Assembly (NCBI GenBank): GCA_051047955.1 | Contig: JBPGPT010000012.1 | Span: 124,001-188,000, forward strand | Direction: 5' to 3' | Source: Cystobasidiomycetes sp. EMM_F5 | Taxonomy: Eukaryota | DNA: 64,000 nucleotides | Shown here: positions 27,881 to 41,023 of the stretch, piece after piece | Position numbering within the stretch: position 1 is the first letter of the stretch | Layout: every line of letters starts with the position of its first letter | Notes under the pieces: generated by a model | Databases searched by the model: none | What the model saw: the letters and a program-made list of their open reading frames with translations, nothing else | What the model was told of the DNA's origin: nothing | Position numbers and translations under genes: made by a program

Positions 27881-29036
27881 TCCAAACTCCTCGGCCCTTC
27901 TGAAAAGACTGCGAACTAGCGTCTTTTTCTCTTTCCGCCTCCCGAAACACTTCATCCGGTGTGCTAGATATTCGATTTATACACGTCCCTGGCAGCCCAA
28001 CCGCCAGCGGACGTTGCCGATGCATCCAATACTACAAGCATGACGTCCACTTCCCAGTCAGGGCTAGGGTTTATTGATGCAAAGAAGACCTATGTCGAAA
28101 TCAGTATCGATATTCCAGTACGGAGTAAGCCTCGAGACCCGCGGGATAAGAAAAGGCACAGAACCAAACTGCAACAGCACCACGACACGCGAATGCGTGA
28201 CCTAGAGCAGAAGCTTCACTCATTTCGACATATTCAGGTTGAGATACAGCAGGATTTGGGCGGGCTGCATCATCGGGCTGGCGACACCGGTTCAGTCGTA
28301 TGGCGAGCAAGGTCAGTCGTCATGAATATGCCAAAGGCGTCGAATTCGTGGCTAACCCTTGGCTTGCGGAAGCGTCGAGTTTTCCCGTTTCGTGCTGACC
28401 CAGGCGTTTGATGAGACTACGAACTCCTTCCTGAATAGCCATGCATGCCGCAATGGCGATGTTCTTGAGCTTGGGTCAGGCACGGGTGTACTAGCCCTTC
28501 TGCTCGCACCGCTCTTCCGATCTTGGACTGCCACAGACACGGAGAGTATGTTACCGTTGATTAACAAAAACGTCAAGCGGAATGCGGACCGAGCACAGCT
28601 TGGAAATATCAAAGTGGAAGAGTTGGACTGGACATGGTCAGCTAAGCAATTCCAGCGGATGTTTCCACCTACGGACAATCGACTATGCGAATACCAAGCA
28701 ATTTTTGCTGTAGACTGTCTCTTCAACGAAGCACTCGTGCAGCCGCTGATAGATACGCTCGACCGCATTTCGGCACGCTCAGTATTCATCATTTCCGAGC
28801 TGCGCAGCGAGACTGTGCTGCAGCTGTTTCTGGAGAAGTGGCTCGGTGTAAGAGAAGGCAAGGACGGCAGCGCTAGTTGGAAGTGGAGAATCTGGCGAAG
28901 CTGCAAACACGGCGATGAGCTACAAATAGACTTAGATGGCGTACCGCATCTGGAAAAGCTGCCACTTCTTGGTCGTAAATACGTGGTATGGACAGCCTGG
29001 CGCCTAAGCGAGTCAGGTGGCCACTATGAAGCCTGA
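27713..29036 (+). CDS. RKM5: Rkm5-like seven-beta-strand lysine methyltransferase (5' end shared with the HD gene)
   Basis: DAHEE|IFDLYT, GLGFID, QQDLGGL..RAGDTGSVVWRAS, motif I VLELGSGTG, ATD, EELDW, IFAVDCLFNEAL, ISELRS. Confidence 0.75.
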
Positions 29037-29142
29037 AAGCCAAAGTTGTAAGCAAGGAAACACAGCTTGACGGCGTGCAGAAAGCAATGGATTTACAGCA
29101 TCGGACAAGGCCTGACTAGTGGGGAAAAGGCATGCTGGTATG

Positions 29143-31449
29143 CTACACTTGCATCATCTCGTAGTCTTGCTGCTCCTGCTTAATTGGAACAATTACAATG
29201 CCAAGAGCGTTGCTAGGGCATATCTCCCAGATGAGTCTGCGTCTGCTTCGAAGTTCTGCGGTTTCTTTTTTGCGATGCTGTAACAGTCTCGAGGGAATAG
29301 CGTCCATCAAAGGAACCCTTTCCAAAGCGGTAGACAGAGCGCTCTTGTCCAAGGTCACATCACCGTTATGTATAGCTTGTGATTGAGGTAGAGAAGACGG
29401 CGATGGTTGTGGTAAGAGTGTTGGTGCGTTTCGTATATGCTTCGTGGGCGAGGTGACACAGCTACATCTTTGCTCAATTGAGCGTCTGTCCATCTCTTGC
29501 ATAGCGACTTCACTCCGGCTGACGAAAGCTTGAAGGCGAGATATAGTATCGCGTGCCAATGCACACTCCCTTGCCAGCTCGTCGCGCAGGACTTGCAAAT
29601 GATTTTCGTGCGCGATTGGGTGCTGTTCTTGATGCGGATTGGGGGTGGAACCTTCGTTAACGTCTAAAGGATCCGTAGCCGCCCTAAGCGGTGCGTCGGA
29701 CATCAAATGCAGCGGGTGAGAATGGGCATCCAGCAATGCAGTGTCGAGCCGAGTCGAATGTTCCAATGATCGCTCATGGTTGGAGTGCATAGCGAGGGCG
29801 GCCACTGCAGCGAGCTCGGGCAAAGTGAGATGCTCTGACCGCGCTGAAGAGAGGTTGGCTTCATCGGTCACAGACAAGTTGTCTGACATAGGCGGAGGCG
29901 AAGTAGAAGACCCAGAGGCAGCAGTCACCGTTCCCAGTGCTTTCCGCGCCTTTTTACGAGCAGGCTGACCAGATGGATTGCGCCCTCTATTCATTTTGCG
30001 TGCGGATTGCATTTCGTCTAATCGATGTACTGATTGCGCTTGATCGAGTTCGACTGATTCATCGGGATTATCGGCGGACATGGGAAGATTTGTGGCGTAG
30101 GCAAGCGGACTGTCTGAGCCAGGGGCAGACTCTTGCAGATACTTCGACGACCCCGCAGGCGTAGCGGTAACTATTCGTTTGCGCCTCTTGATTGTGGGTT
30201 TGCTGAGATTAACGGGTCTATGCACACCGTGCAATTTACAGTAAAGTCCTGCAGCGAGAGAATTAGCCAGGGACACGACATGTTTAGCTCCACATACCAC
30301 ACGCATTGCAAGCTACTCGACCTTCAACATCCCTTCTCCACAGAGGAGTCGTCTTTGTCCCACAGTTCTCGCACATCATTGCACTAATGGCTGGATCGGC
30401 TGAACGGTTCAGTCCTGACGGAGCGGTAGTGGAGGCATTGGTAGGGCCTGCGAGAGAATTTTGATTCCCACTAGTATCTATCTTATCGACAGCCACACGC
30501 GCTGGCTCCGTTGCACCCGATTCCCTGCCCTCTTGGGTAGTGATTTCGACTGTAGAAGGTTTGGATCCGCCGTTGTCAATGTCCGCAGTACTAGATGATG
30601 CAGCTGTAGACTTTCGGAAACGGTTATTGAATGCGGGACAGCCGTTGCAGCAGGTTCTTCCGCCTTCTCCGTTGCAGTGCCCGTCACCTGGGCAAGTCAT
30701 AGCGGGGGCTGTCAACGGCTTCGCATTTGGACGTTTGAGATGCGGCTGAGAACGCGCATCGAACTTTGAGGGCATGGAAGAAACAGAAGCACTTGCCCTT
30801 GCTACCGGCGAAGGTGATCGTGAGTCTGGCGCTTTGTGTTTGCTGTCAGTGTTGTTCCCCTCCAGAACTGGTGACGAGTCAGGAATGGAGACGGTAGACG
30901 CAACAGGTCTCACAGACCGTGCTTGCACAGGTATCGATATGTGCGGCATGGGGGCAGGTATTGCTTCGGAGTCAACGTTTGTAGGCCGAGAAGCTTCGCT
31001 TGGCTGACTAGCAGGCGTTGGTTGCGTGGAAGGGCGACGCACGGTAGCGAGACCTGCAAAGCCTCATCATCAGCAGGTGCTTTTTTCGCAGACCACTAAT
31101 CATACATACCGCAGGCATTGCAGACGGGTTTGGCAGTTGAATCCCGACGCCACAGCGGTGTTGCTGCTGTTCCGCAAAAGAAACAGCGAGCCGAGACGGG
31201 CGCAGGTGACATCTCTGGCGCGCCAGGCTGCAACTGCCGCTTTCGAGGCTCTGATACTGCCGTTGCTGATGTTGCTTGCGAGATTGGTAATTGGGCGCTG
31301 TTTCCAGCACTGCTAGGAAACTGGCTGCGATGCAAGTCGTGCTGCTGCTGGAGCAGGCTCTGCAGCTGGAAATGCGACGTGTTAGGTGACGGGAGGCCAG
31401 GCGAGGCTGCCATTATCCCGTTGCCTCGCTGCTTGTCCATTCTGCCCAC
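29143..31449 (-). CDS. sreA: Iron-responsive GATA repressor (SreA/Urbs1/Fep1 type)
   Basis: Two GATA fingers ([40 protein letters not shown]) flanking the Cys-rich [21 protein letters not shown]-terminal coiled coil. Confidence 0.92.
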
Positions 31450-31627
31450 GCGGCAACTTGTCTTGCAATTTTCAGGATTCTAGCACGCGAGTCCTGTTAT
31501 TCCAGTATTTCCACCATCTTCGCGAGCATCAGCAGTGTCTGGTGTCAGTATTGATGTCGCCGGTGGTCGGTTCGTCAGCTCGCCAAGCTGCTCTTAATGC
31601 TGGATTACAGCCACACGTGGAGTCCAG

Positions 31628-31667
31628 CCAATGGCAAACAGCCGAAATGGCTTGATCAGATAAGATA
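31628..31667. promoter_or_regulatory. CCAAT box and ATCWGATAA/GATA sites upstream of the GATA repressor gene
   Basis: CCAAT 31628-31632; ATCAGATAA 31655-31663; GATA 31664-31667. Confidence 0.5.
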
Positions 31668-31784
31668 GATTTGGTACAACGAGCGATACATGCTAGGCTA
31701 ATGCAGCGTGATGTATGTTCAATGCTATGCGGGTAGTGCTACAAGCGACATTGATAGATGGCCAGCAAATCACGTTCAGCTACG

Positions 31785-33658
31785 TCAAGAGCGGGTGGAG
31801 ACCTTCGAAGACGCTCGAAATCGCCATTCGATGATGGTGTAAATGATGGCATCGACAGCACCCATACTTAGAACGGATATCCGGTTCAGAATGTTCATGG
31901 CAGCAGAGCTCCTGTTTCCGGTAATCAATACAGTCAGGACTCGCCCGACGGAAAAGCCAATGAGAACAGAGTACGCTGCGGGATACAGCATCATGAGATG
32001 CGATACTCGTCTGTTCTCTTCGGATGCTGTGAGTGGTACAGGGTGATGCTGCTGCCTCGCAGGCGCCGCAGGTGACGGTAGTCCTTCTGCAACGAGAGAC
32101 GCTGGGCGCAAGAAGGCAAGCGCGTCCGCGAGATTAATGACTTTAGAGGCTTGCGACTGATCTGTGCATGTCCGATAGTGACCTTGGTCGTATATACGGT
32201 TCGAAGCGCAACCTTCAGATTTGGTTTTCCTCGCATCGACAGGCAGGGTAGTGGCTGCAGTATCAAAGGTTGAGGTTTCCGAAGCAGTTGTCTGTCGAGA
32301 TATCTCCAGATCGATTTCCGGGGTCACTTCCATGTGTGCCGGCTTCTTCACTGCGTCGTTTTCGTCCGTCGCAAGGTCGGGTACATTGACCGTTGTCGGC
32401 AGCCGTACTCCGACTCTGGTCATTGCAACATCCACCAACGTGTTCTGAGAATCCTTACTGCCCTTACGCCCAAAGTTGCCTTGCCAGAATTTCGAACTGA
32501 ATGGCGGAGAATGAAGGACGGAATCAGATTCCGATGCGTTGTCTGTGCCAGGCGTAGCGATATTCGCCTCAATTTGAAAGTCTCGTAAGTCGAGAGGAGC
32601 CGCAGTACCATCTAACGATACGTATCGGATGTGCGTGGCAGAATTGACTAGACTTCCGTGCGTATTGAGCGGATCAGACTCGACCTTGTGGTGCTTGGTA
32701 GTCTGACGTCGAAAGAACAGGAAGAGACGGACATAGATGAGAACGATAAAGAGAAAAGCCGTAGTTCGCGGTATAAAGATGACCAGGTTGCCGTAGATAT
32801 TGGGAGGGGCTGAGGGAAAGAAATAAAAGCCTGATACGTCTATGACTGAATAGAGGCTGACGCCTATGGTGGAATTGACGATACTGTTCGATGATCTTAG
32901 CACCTGCGCACGCGGAAGCCGGACGAGACTACCTGATCAACCAGATGAATGCCCAAATGACGAGCATGATGCGGGGACGATGCAGCGCGCGTGCCGCCAT
33001 CGACAGCGGCAGTACAAGTGTTGTATCTGTCCTCGAGGAACCGACTAGTCAGCATCTGAGGGGTCGCCAGGGTATTCAGACGTACATGTCGATGCTGCTA
33101 TTCTGCAGTTGCTAAATCAGCGGGCATGGATCCCCGATGCCGTATGTAGCATTGCTCGACTCACGAAAGAGCCCACAGAGACCCGGAGACAACGAGCGAC
33201 AGGTATAGAAAAGCATCTATCTTTCCCCCTGTGGTGTTCGCGGGCATTGGTCCAGTGAGATGGGAGTATACGCTAGGGACAAGCACCTGAAAGAGTATCG
33301 AATCAGCTTCCAAGGATTTGTGGGATACTCGCTTCCCACCGTTAAGGCGTGCATCCCATCGTTAACGGCGAGACCTGTGTATACCAATGTTTCAGTAAGT
33401 TAGAGGCAACCACAATGACGATCCTCACCTAGAATCAACTGATGACGAATTTTGCGCAATTGACGAGACAGGAAGAATGGCACAATCATAACCACAGCGC
33501 CGACCAGACTCTGCAAGTTGGAAATGGAAAAGGATCAGTTGGCCCCTGTGTGGCGGACGTAGTAAAGTGTAACCTACCATCGTACAGCATACGAGGTTAA
33601 TTGCAATGAGCGTATCATAGCTCTCGGGCAAAGCATCTTTGTTGGCGGAGTTGGGCAT
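31785..33658 (-). CDS. Git3/Gpr1-like 7TM G-protein-coupled receptor
   Basis: Several TM exons, long intracellular loop 3, TM6/7 MMLYPAAYSVL and SMGAVDAIIY. Confidence 0.75.
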
Positions 33659-34155
33659 GCGTACATGCGTGTTGTGGGTCTTGCGGGCGGGTTGCAACGA
33701 ATGGGTCCTGACAGGTGTCGAGCACCGTACGAGGGTAGGATGTCAGACAACAAAGATCGGAGCACAGTTCCCGTCGTCAGGTCTCAGCAGGAGTCGCATG
33801 GATGTCGCATATAAATATGAGCAAGCCGCATCGGAGTTGGCTCAGAGTCACGCCTGTCGTTGGCCACCACTCGGTCAGTGGGCAGAGGGGCGGGCAAGCT
33901 GTCAGGGGAGGAAGAATGTGTCAAGTCACCGTAGAGATAGTCGTAGCATGACAAGCAGCTTAGGGGGCGGAAGCTGGGCTGCTACATTGAAAGCTGCCCC
34001 GAGCGAATAAATTGATCGGCTAGCCATTGCGGACATAGAATTACGAAAATTCAGGAAGTATAGAGTGGCTTCCACGCATATCCTCGTTAAAGCACTTGCA
34101 ACGCAAGATTCATACGCCAACCGCTAAAGTGCTGCAAATGATGCTCGAGGAGAAA

Positions 34156-34194
34156 GCGCGGGGTCCCGCAAACCTGGCGCGGGGCCGCGCGGGG
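34156..34194. promoter_or_regulatory. Three GCGCGGGG boxes (CreA/Mig1-type SYGGRG)
   Basis: GCGGGG at 34158, 34179 and 34189, each preceded by GC. Confidence 0.5.
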
Positions 34195-34415
34195 TACCCT
34201 TCGGATCGCGTGACAGGGGAACCGCCCAGCAGAAGATAACGACACCTGCAATACTACTGAATCATCTTGCCTCCTCTCACACTCCTTCTACGGCTTCTTG
34301 CGAATTTCTGAATCACCCAACCGCCACTTATCACTTCGAATAAAGCATGCCTGCCAACGCGAACAACGTGTCTGGGAACTACATACGCTGGTAAGCACCT
34401 GTAGTCATGCTCAAC

Positions 34416-35943
34416 ATGAAAGGGAGTGACGTTCGAAACGCGCTGCTTAGGGATGCTCCCGGTGTCGAAAAGCCAGCAAAGAATGAGGAAGAGGATATCA
34501 AGAATGTTGCAGGGCAATTCTGTCGCTTTCAGATGAACAACTTCGCAGAACATCTACATTGCTACCGTGGAACACACCTAAAGACGCAAGGAGTGGGTTT
34601 GTATTGCTACAGGACCCGCAATATTCGAAACCGGCTAATGGCCTCGCCGGCAGTGTGTCAAGGGTAAATTCATCGTCAAAGAAGGTTTACCGGCCCACCT
34701 CAGCCAAGGAATGTTCTCTAAGCCCGGAACGTACGATGTTATCATGCGGTACAGCTCCCTTACTCCAAAGCTTGTGCCAGACAACATTCCTGCCCCTCGC
34801 GGTATCGGGATGAAGATCTTTGGGATCAAAGTGACTTCACGTAGATCAATACAAGCAAGCCGACGCTGACTTCTGACACTTCCAGGGCGAGAAACTCTGG
34901 GGCGAGGACATGGAGACTCAGGACTGGACATTCAACAATTATCCTATCCTGGAACTGCGCGACGCAAAAACCACGTACGACATTGCCGAATCGCTCGAAC
35001 GCAACTGGAACGACTTGCCCACTTTTGCAAAGGAACAAGCTGCGCGAGAAGATGCCGATGTAGCGACCTACGGTGGAAAGCTCCCGAATCAGCACAGTCA
35101 GTATTGCTTGCCTCTTATCCGCTGGGCGGGAGTTTGATTGATGCCTCGTCGTACCTACAGTGGCTGCTATGCCAGAGTATTCCCAGTCGGCATACAGATT
35201 TGGCGAGTACGTGGCCAAGTTTGGCGTTTTCCCGCTTGGCGAGGAGCAAAAGAAGCTGGCTGATTGTAAGACCATGCGGGGTTTGCATAAGTGAATTACT
35301 GATTTGAGCTATTTGTAAGGGCGCATCAAAGCGGATGACCCTATCAATATCATCTCACAGAGCCTCCGAGAATTCCACCAGAACAACAAGGTAACATACT
35401 CGTTTTGTGCTCAATTGCTCCAGAATCTTGATGAGCAGCCCGTTGACGAGTGAGCTTCAATCGTTTATGTCAGCCGCAATACTTGGTCTGAGGACATGTC
35501 TATGCACTTCAGTATCGGAGTCGAGTGGAACGCGGAGAAGTTTCCATTTGAACAGATTGCTACCATCGAATTCGAACCACAAGACAGCTGGATCCCCGAA
35601 TTCCGCGTATGGTGGGATGATAAGGTCAGTGAATGAACAAACAGGGGTATTGCGCATCCCCTCAAAAACTCTGCTCAGATCACTGTCAATTCCTGGCACG
35701 GTCTGAAGGAACATCAGCCTCTAGGCAGCACTAACAGAGCACGCCGAGTTGTGGTGGGTGTAGCTCCCTCTACATGCCTAGTTGGTGGTCTGACTCCAGG
35801 TCATATACTATGGTGATTGACAGTATGCCGAATCGCGAAAACTGCGTTTGAAGGTCAACGGCTACTCCGATTACATCGAGCCAAAGTCGGTCAACGAGGT
35901 ACCAAAGTGCCCAATTCCAGCCGCTCGTACTGTGATTGCGTAG
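34416..35943 (+). CDS. Small catalase-related heme protein (multi-exon)
   Basis: RGTHLKTQG|CVKG (distal His), IMRYSS, PRGIGMKIFG, DWTFNNYP, YSQSAYRFG, HQPLGSTNRARRVV|Y (proximal Tyr); stop 35941-35943. Confidence 0.88.
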
Positions 35944-36530
35944 ACCGGGTTCGATGATTGTGCGTTACGAGATTGACTCGATGACCAATGCAGACTGTGG
36001 GTTAGGTGTTTCTGTAAGGATGTAATCGCTGTGATTGGTAGATGCTTTCATACGATAACAGATGTAGCTAGCTGCCCATACATTTGGATACATTGTGTAA
36101 GCCAGACAGAGGTCGTATCCGTTTGCACAATCTGGAAGTCCGAAGCGGAGCCCCAGGAAAAGGGGGATCCTGACGCGCGAATGGCGACGTGCGTTAGACT
36201 TGATGGCCAAGCGAGTGACAGATATGAGGAGATTCGGCATCAGTGTGGCTATATATCGCTAATGCAATTAGCATTGAAAAACAAGGCTCTCAGTGCCTGC
36301 CAGCTGCAGACTCGAACGCTCGAAACGGCTTAGTGAGGAGGCATCGCAGCACAAACGTACGCAGCAGGCAGCCAGGATATGTAACGCATCACAACACTCT
36401 TGTGCGAGTGTCGTCCTTTGCGCTTATCGTTATTGCCAATCGTTATGTGTCAGCCTGCGTTCGGATTCCGCAACGGTCTTCTTCTTGAAGCGCGGACGAC
36501 ATGCGACATGCGCGCAGATTATGACGGGAA

Positions 36531-39500
36531 ATGGAACACTCGATGGCTCAGCAGGAGCAGTGGCCGGGAGAGCCGCCGAGAGACCTTGTCGAGACTTCTG
36601 TGCATCATGTCCTAGGAAGGCATCCGCATTTGGTACCCGCTGGCCAGCAGCAGCTCGATTCGACAGATGGCGAGGATGAGCCGTCTACTGGCGCAGGCCC
36701 GTCAACTGCATCGAAGAAACAGCGTCAGAGGAACGCCCTGAGCTGCGCCGAGTGCCGACGACTCAAGCTGAAATGCTCGCGAACACCCTGGCCCTGTACG
36801 GTAAGCTCACGGTAGGAAGACGCGAAATGCGGCCGACATGCGCGTCAAGTTATACGATCTCTCTCAACTAACGTAAATCTCCTCCTCGGTCTTCCAGAGC
36901 TGCGTCAAAAGGTTCGTTGGACATTCCCATTATGTCATTAATGTCGTGAAATCACCGGGCCCCGCTGACATGTCAGACTCTACACATTCCCTCGTCAAGA
37001 AAATGCGCGCACATTTGTCCAGATGATGTCCTGAAAGAGATAAGACCTTCTAGATCGAAGGAAGTCGGAGACCTGAGGACACGGATACAGGAACTCGAAC
37101 AGAAACTGGCTGCGGCCACGGGCATACGTTCCACGCGTTCCGGCGACCATAGCTATAGCCACGATGTATCGCCGGAAGATACTTCGTACGACAGCTTGGC
37201 AATACCCAGCGCAACCGCTGTGGCCGAACAGCAGCACCATCCTGGAATTTCGGATGTGGTCGAAGTCATGGGAACTCTACTGATATCCGATGACGGAAGC
37301 AGTCGCTATTTAGGCAAGAGCGCAGCGAATGCTCTCTTCCACGAGGTTCATAGCGATCGCGACGCAGCGTCCGAAGGCTCCGATAGCGAAGACGACGATG
37401 CTGCCTCAACAGCAGCTTCCGCTCTGACTGGCAGACCCTACGCGTCTGCAGCTTTCCCATGGGTGTCACGCAGTCTCGATGTGAGCGACTTTCAGGCACT
37501 CTTACCGCCAATGAATGAGGCCAGAGCATTTGCGGATTCTTACTATTTTTACTGCTCATACGTGAGGATCCATACTGTTTGGAAACAGAGTACGACATCG
37601 ATGACCCTGTTTCTCTTGGCAGGTGTTTGAGCCTTTGCGTCGCGATGCATTCGAAAAGCATCTTGTTGCGGCGTACACCAACTCACTCGGTCAACCGGCA
37701 ATAATTACGCTGGAACAGCTGGCAGTCGTGTTCATGGTCTTTTCACTTGGAGTTTTCTTTGACATCGAATGTCAACCTAAAGATCCTCGCATATATCGCT
37801 ACCACGCGCTCGCTCAGCAATGTTTGTCGGCTGGCAAATTTTTGAACATCCCCTCAATAGCGAGCATACAATGCTTGCATCTCATGAGCACATGGCATTT
37901 GTCGGTTCATAGTCAGACAGGCTCTTTTCGTGCCTGGCCATTGTTGGGTTTGGCTGGGCGCATGGTCTTGTCGACTGGCTTGCATAGAGGTGAGTAGCAG
38001 CCGTCAGAATAGAAGTGAGTGCGTTTTTTGGGGGGAGGGGTTCATGATGCGTCTACCTATCAGACGGAAGTATCTGGTCCATACCTGAGCCAGATCTCAG
38101 TATACGAAGGCAGCTCTTCTGGGAGATCATTACGTATGATAGGCAACAAAGCTTGATTCTTGGTTGGTCGAGACTTGCATTTTCGTGTTTTACTATGCGA
38201 TCTGAAACTTGTTCAATAACGTAGGTCGTCCTTACATGCTAAGCGCAAAGTATTTCGACACCGAAATGCCAACGGAGCATCCTCAAAAAAGCGATGTGAG
38301 TAAACGCGCTCTGAGACGCCTGCGATTGGCACTCATTGTTATCACTCATTGTTATCACGCTATGCTACCAGATCGAGCTAGAAAGTCAGCGATGCCGATA
38401 TCAATTTGCGCTGATTGTCGGTGATCTCTGCGATGATTGCTTCTCCATCGGTAGACCAAATTACGAGAGTAAATCAACGTATTTTACCATGTCAGACGCA
38501 AGCGTTGACGTAGGTTCTATAGCTGTGCTGAGACTTGATCGACGCATTCGTGCATTCAAGCAAGCTCTGCCTGAATGGCTTGCCTTTGATGCCAATGCAC
38601 CATTACCTACACAAAAAATCGCAAAATTCTCGCCCGAGTTGTTTCAACTACTGCATCAACATACCCTTGCCGTGCAAATCCATGTCTCGCTGTTGTGAGT
38701 ACTGGAGAAAGCCTGCGCTGCTGACACCAATTCGCGTCTGAATTTCTCTTCATCTAGAGTTCTTCATCGTGTCGCATTTGCTCAGGCACTGGAGTTTTAT
38801 CCAAACGAACCCGTAAGTACTGTTCGCACGCACACGGACCTCGTGCCTTACGTGGCTACCTCGTCCGCAGCTCCGCTCCCCGTGGACACAGAGCGTTGTA
38901 TCACTCTGCTTGGAAGCTTCACGCACACTCATTGCTGTGGCGCGTTCTGCACACATCGCCTATCCAGAGCTTGCTGCCCGTTGCTGGTAAGGACAGCATG
39001 CTTTCTCCGCCTACGCAACGACATCTGAGTGATCGGTGCATGCAGGCACATACAGATCCACGCGTTCGGCGCCGCAGTATGTTTTGCAGCTATATGCATT
39101 AAAGCTCCGTGAGTCTGCCTCGCGGCTTCTCCCCCTGAACTGTGCTAGTCTGACGTGTACTACTGCAGTGGATCAGCTTTGACGCGGCTCGCGTGGCGAG
39201 AGCTATCGGAAGCGTTGAGCGTGCTGGAGCAAGAAAGCGAGAAAGGCAATTATGCTCGAGACCTGAGTCCGCGTCTGGCCAAGTTGCGAGATCAAGCCAA
39301 AGTCAAGATGGACGGGCACCGACGCGACACTGCGGTGCTTGATCAGCTGAAGGATAACGATGGACGCAGGCAAATGAATGCGACATCTGCTCCTGCGACT
39401 GATTCTGCCAATGAGTCTGACCTTGCTGTACTTGGCACAGCTACGCGAAAGCTGGACTTTAACAGACCTAGTGCAGGTCTGCGAAGCGCTTCGCATGCCA

Positions 39501-40954
39501 TGCGTATGGGCATAGATGGTCTCAGCGGAAACGCAACATACAACAGGTCGTATGGTACGGGAGGTGCCTCATCTGAGCCGATTCTTTCATCGAATCTCCA
39601 GCGATCCTCCGCCTCACCAGTTACGACATCTCGAGGGTCAGGCAGTCCAGGAATACAAGCGCCCTACAGAGCGATCGTCGAAAAGTTCATCGATGATGAT
39701 TCTGCCACTGTATACCAACAGTCTACTGAGATGCCTCAGCCATTTGTGAACCTCGACCCGGAGTTGGCGGACATGCTGGCGAGCGTTGCCGGAACAGACG
39801 TCCAGCATCTAACGTCAACGAATACTGCCTTGCCGTCAGGAACAACAGGCGTGACTTTGGCTGCTCCCACCAATTTGCCACAGCCTGGCGGATTTGAGCA
39901 GCATCTAGTCTCTGCGGGCCGCAACATGGCGGAAAACAAGCCATCACATCTTCATCCCGCTTCTATGCATGCCTCATCCGCTACCGCGACATCGAGTTTC
40001 GGACCACAAACCCTGCCCAGCACTAGTGGATCCTTCTCCCCCTGGCTGACATCTGGACAAGCATCCATAAATGCAAACAGTAGCAGCAGCATTCCAATCC
40101 CTACATATGCGGGTGACTCGACATTTCACGAAGATTTCCTCGCTTCCACTTATCACCCTCCGACGAATGGCTTTGACTCTCGACCAAACTCAGTCAAACA
40201 CTCCAATGAATTGTACAGTACAGGATTTGCGTCGTTTCTCGAAGGCGAACCACTGTCGAGTTTGTATACGAGCGGTCCTTTGCCTGCCAGCCAGTCCCAC
40301 CATGGTTATGGGCCGGGCGCCGGCCTTGTACGAGACGCGCAGCATCAGCAATCGCCTCCTCTGTCGCAATCGCAGAGCCAGCATACTCTTTACGCACACA
40401 CACCTGCTCAACAGGCTCGCGATATACACGGATTTTCTCGACCTGGTGGGAATGCATATACGGGGCAGCCTTCAGGACAAACCATGCAGAGCGCTAGTCT
40501 GCTATCGCAGGACCAACGTCCGCGCTATACAAGCGCCATAGCTAGTGCATCATTGCAGCAGTACCAGCCAACGTCGGGCTCTAGTCTCCGGCACGACTCT
40601 GCCTCGACGGGACGCATGCCCGTCATCAATCAGGTCAATCAACAGCAATACCGTTACGACAACACTACTGGTGGACAGGCGTACCATCACAATGATCTTG
40701 TGAACGCTGGTAGTTCCATTTCCTCCAGCATGGCGCCAGTTCTTGCTCCGTCGAGCGGGCGTGGGCCATTCAACAACACACCGCATGGCACGGCTTCCCA
40801 GCCACACCCGATTGCTCAACAGACCATGGTCAGTGATGGACAGTACAGCGGCATGTCTGCGGCTCAGCATAGTGGACTGGGCATGTATGATGACCTGTTT
40901 TCATCGCTGAGCGGGCCGGATTCCCGCCTTCAGCAGCAACAAATTCAACAAGTA

Positions 40955-40998
<44 letters not shown>

Positions 40999-41023
40999 AC
41001 AGCATCAGCACATGCGGATGTGA
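36531..41023 (+). CDS. Zn(II)2Cys6 transcription factor with fungal-specific middle domain and polyQ tail
   Basis: SCAECRRLKLKCSRTPWPCT|SCVKR|KCAHICPD; GLHR|D..RRQLFWE; GRPY; long S/Q-rich C-terminus. Confidence 0.92.
40955..40996 (+). repeat. CAA(CAG)10(CAA)3 microsatellite encoding 14 Gln
   Basis: Read directly from the sequence. Confidence 0.95.
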
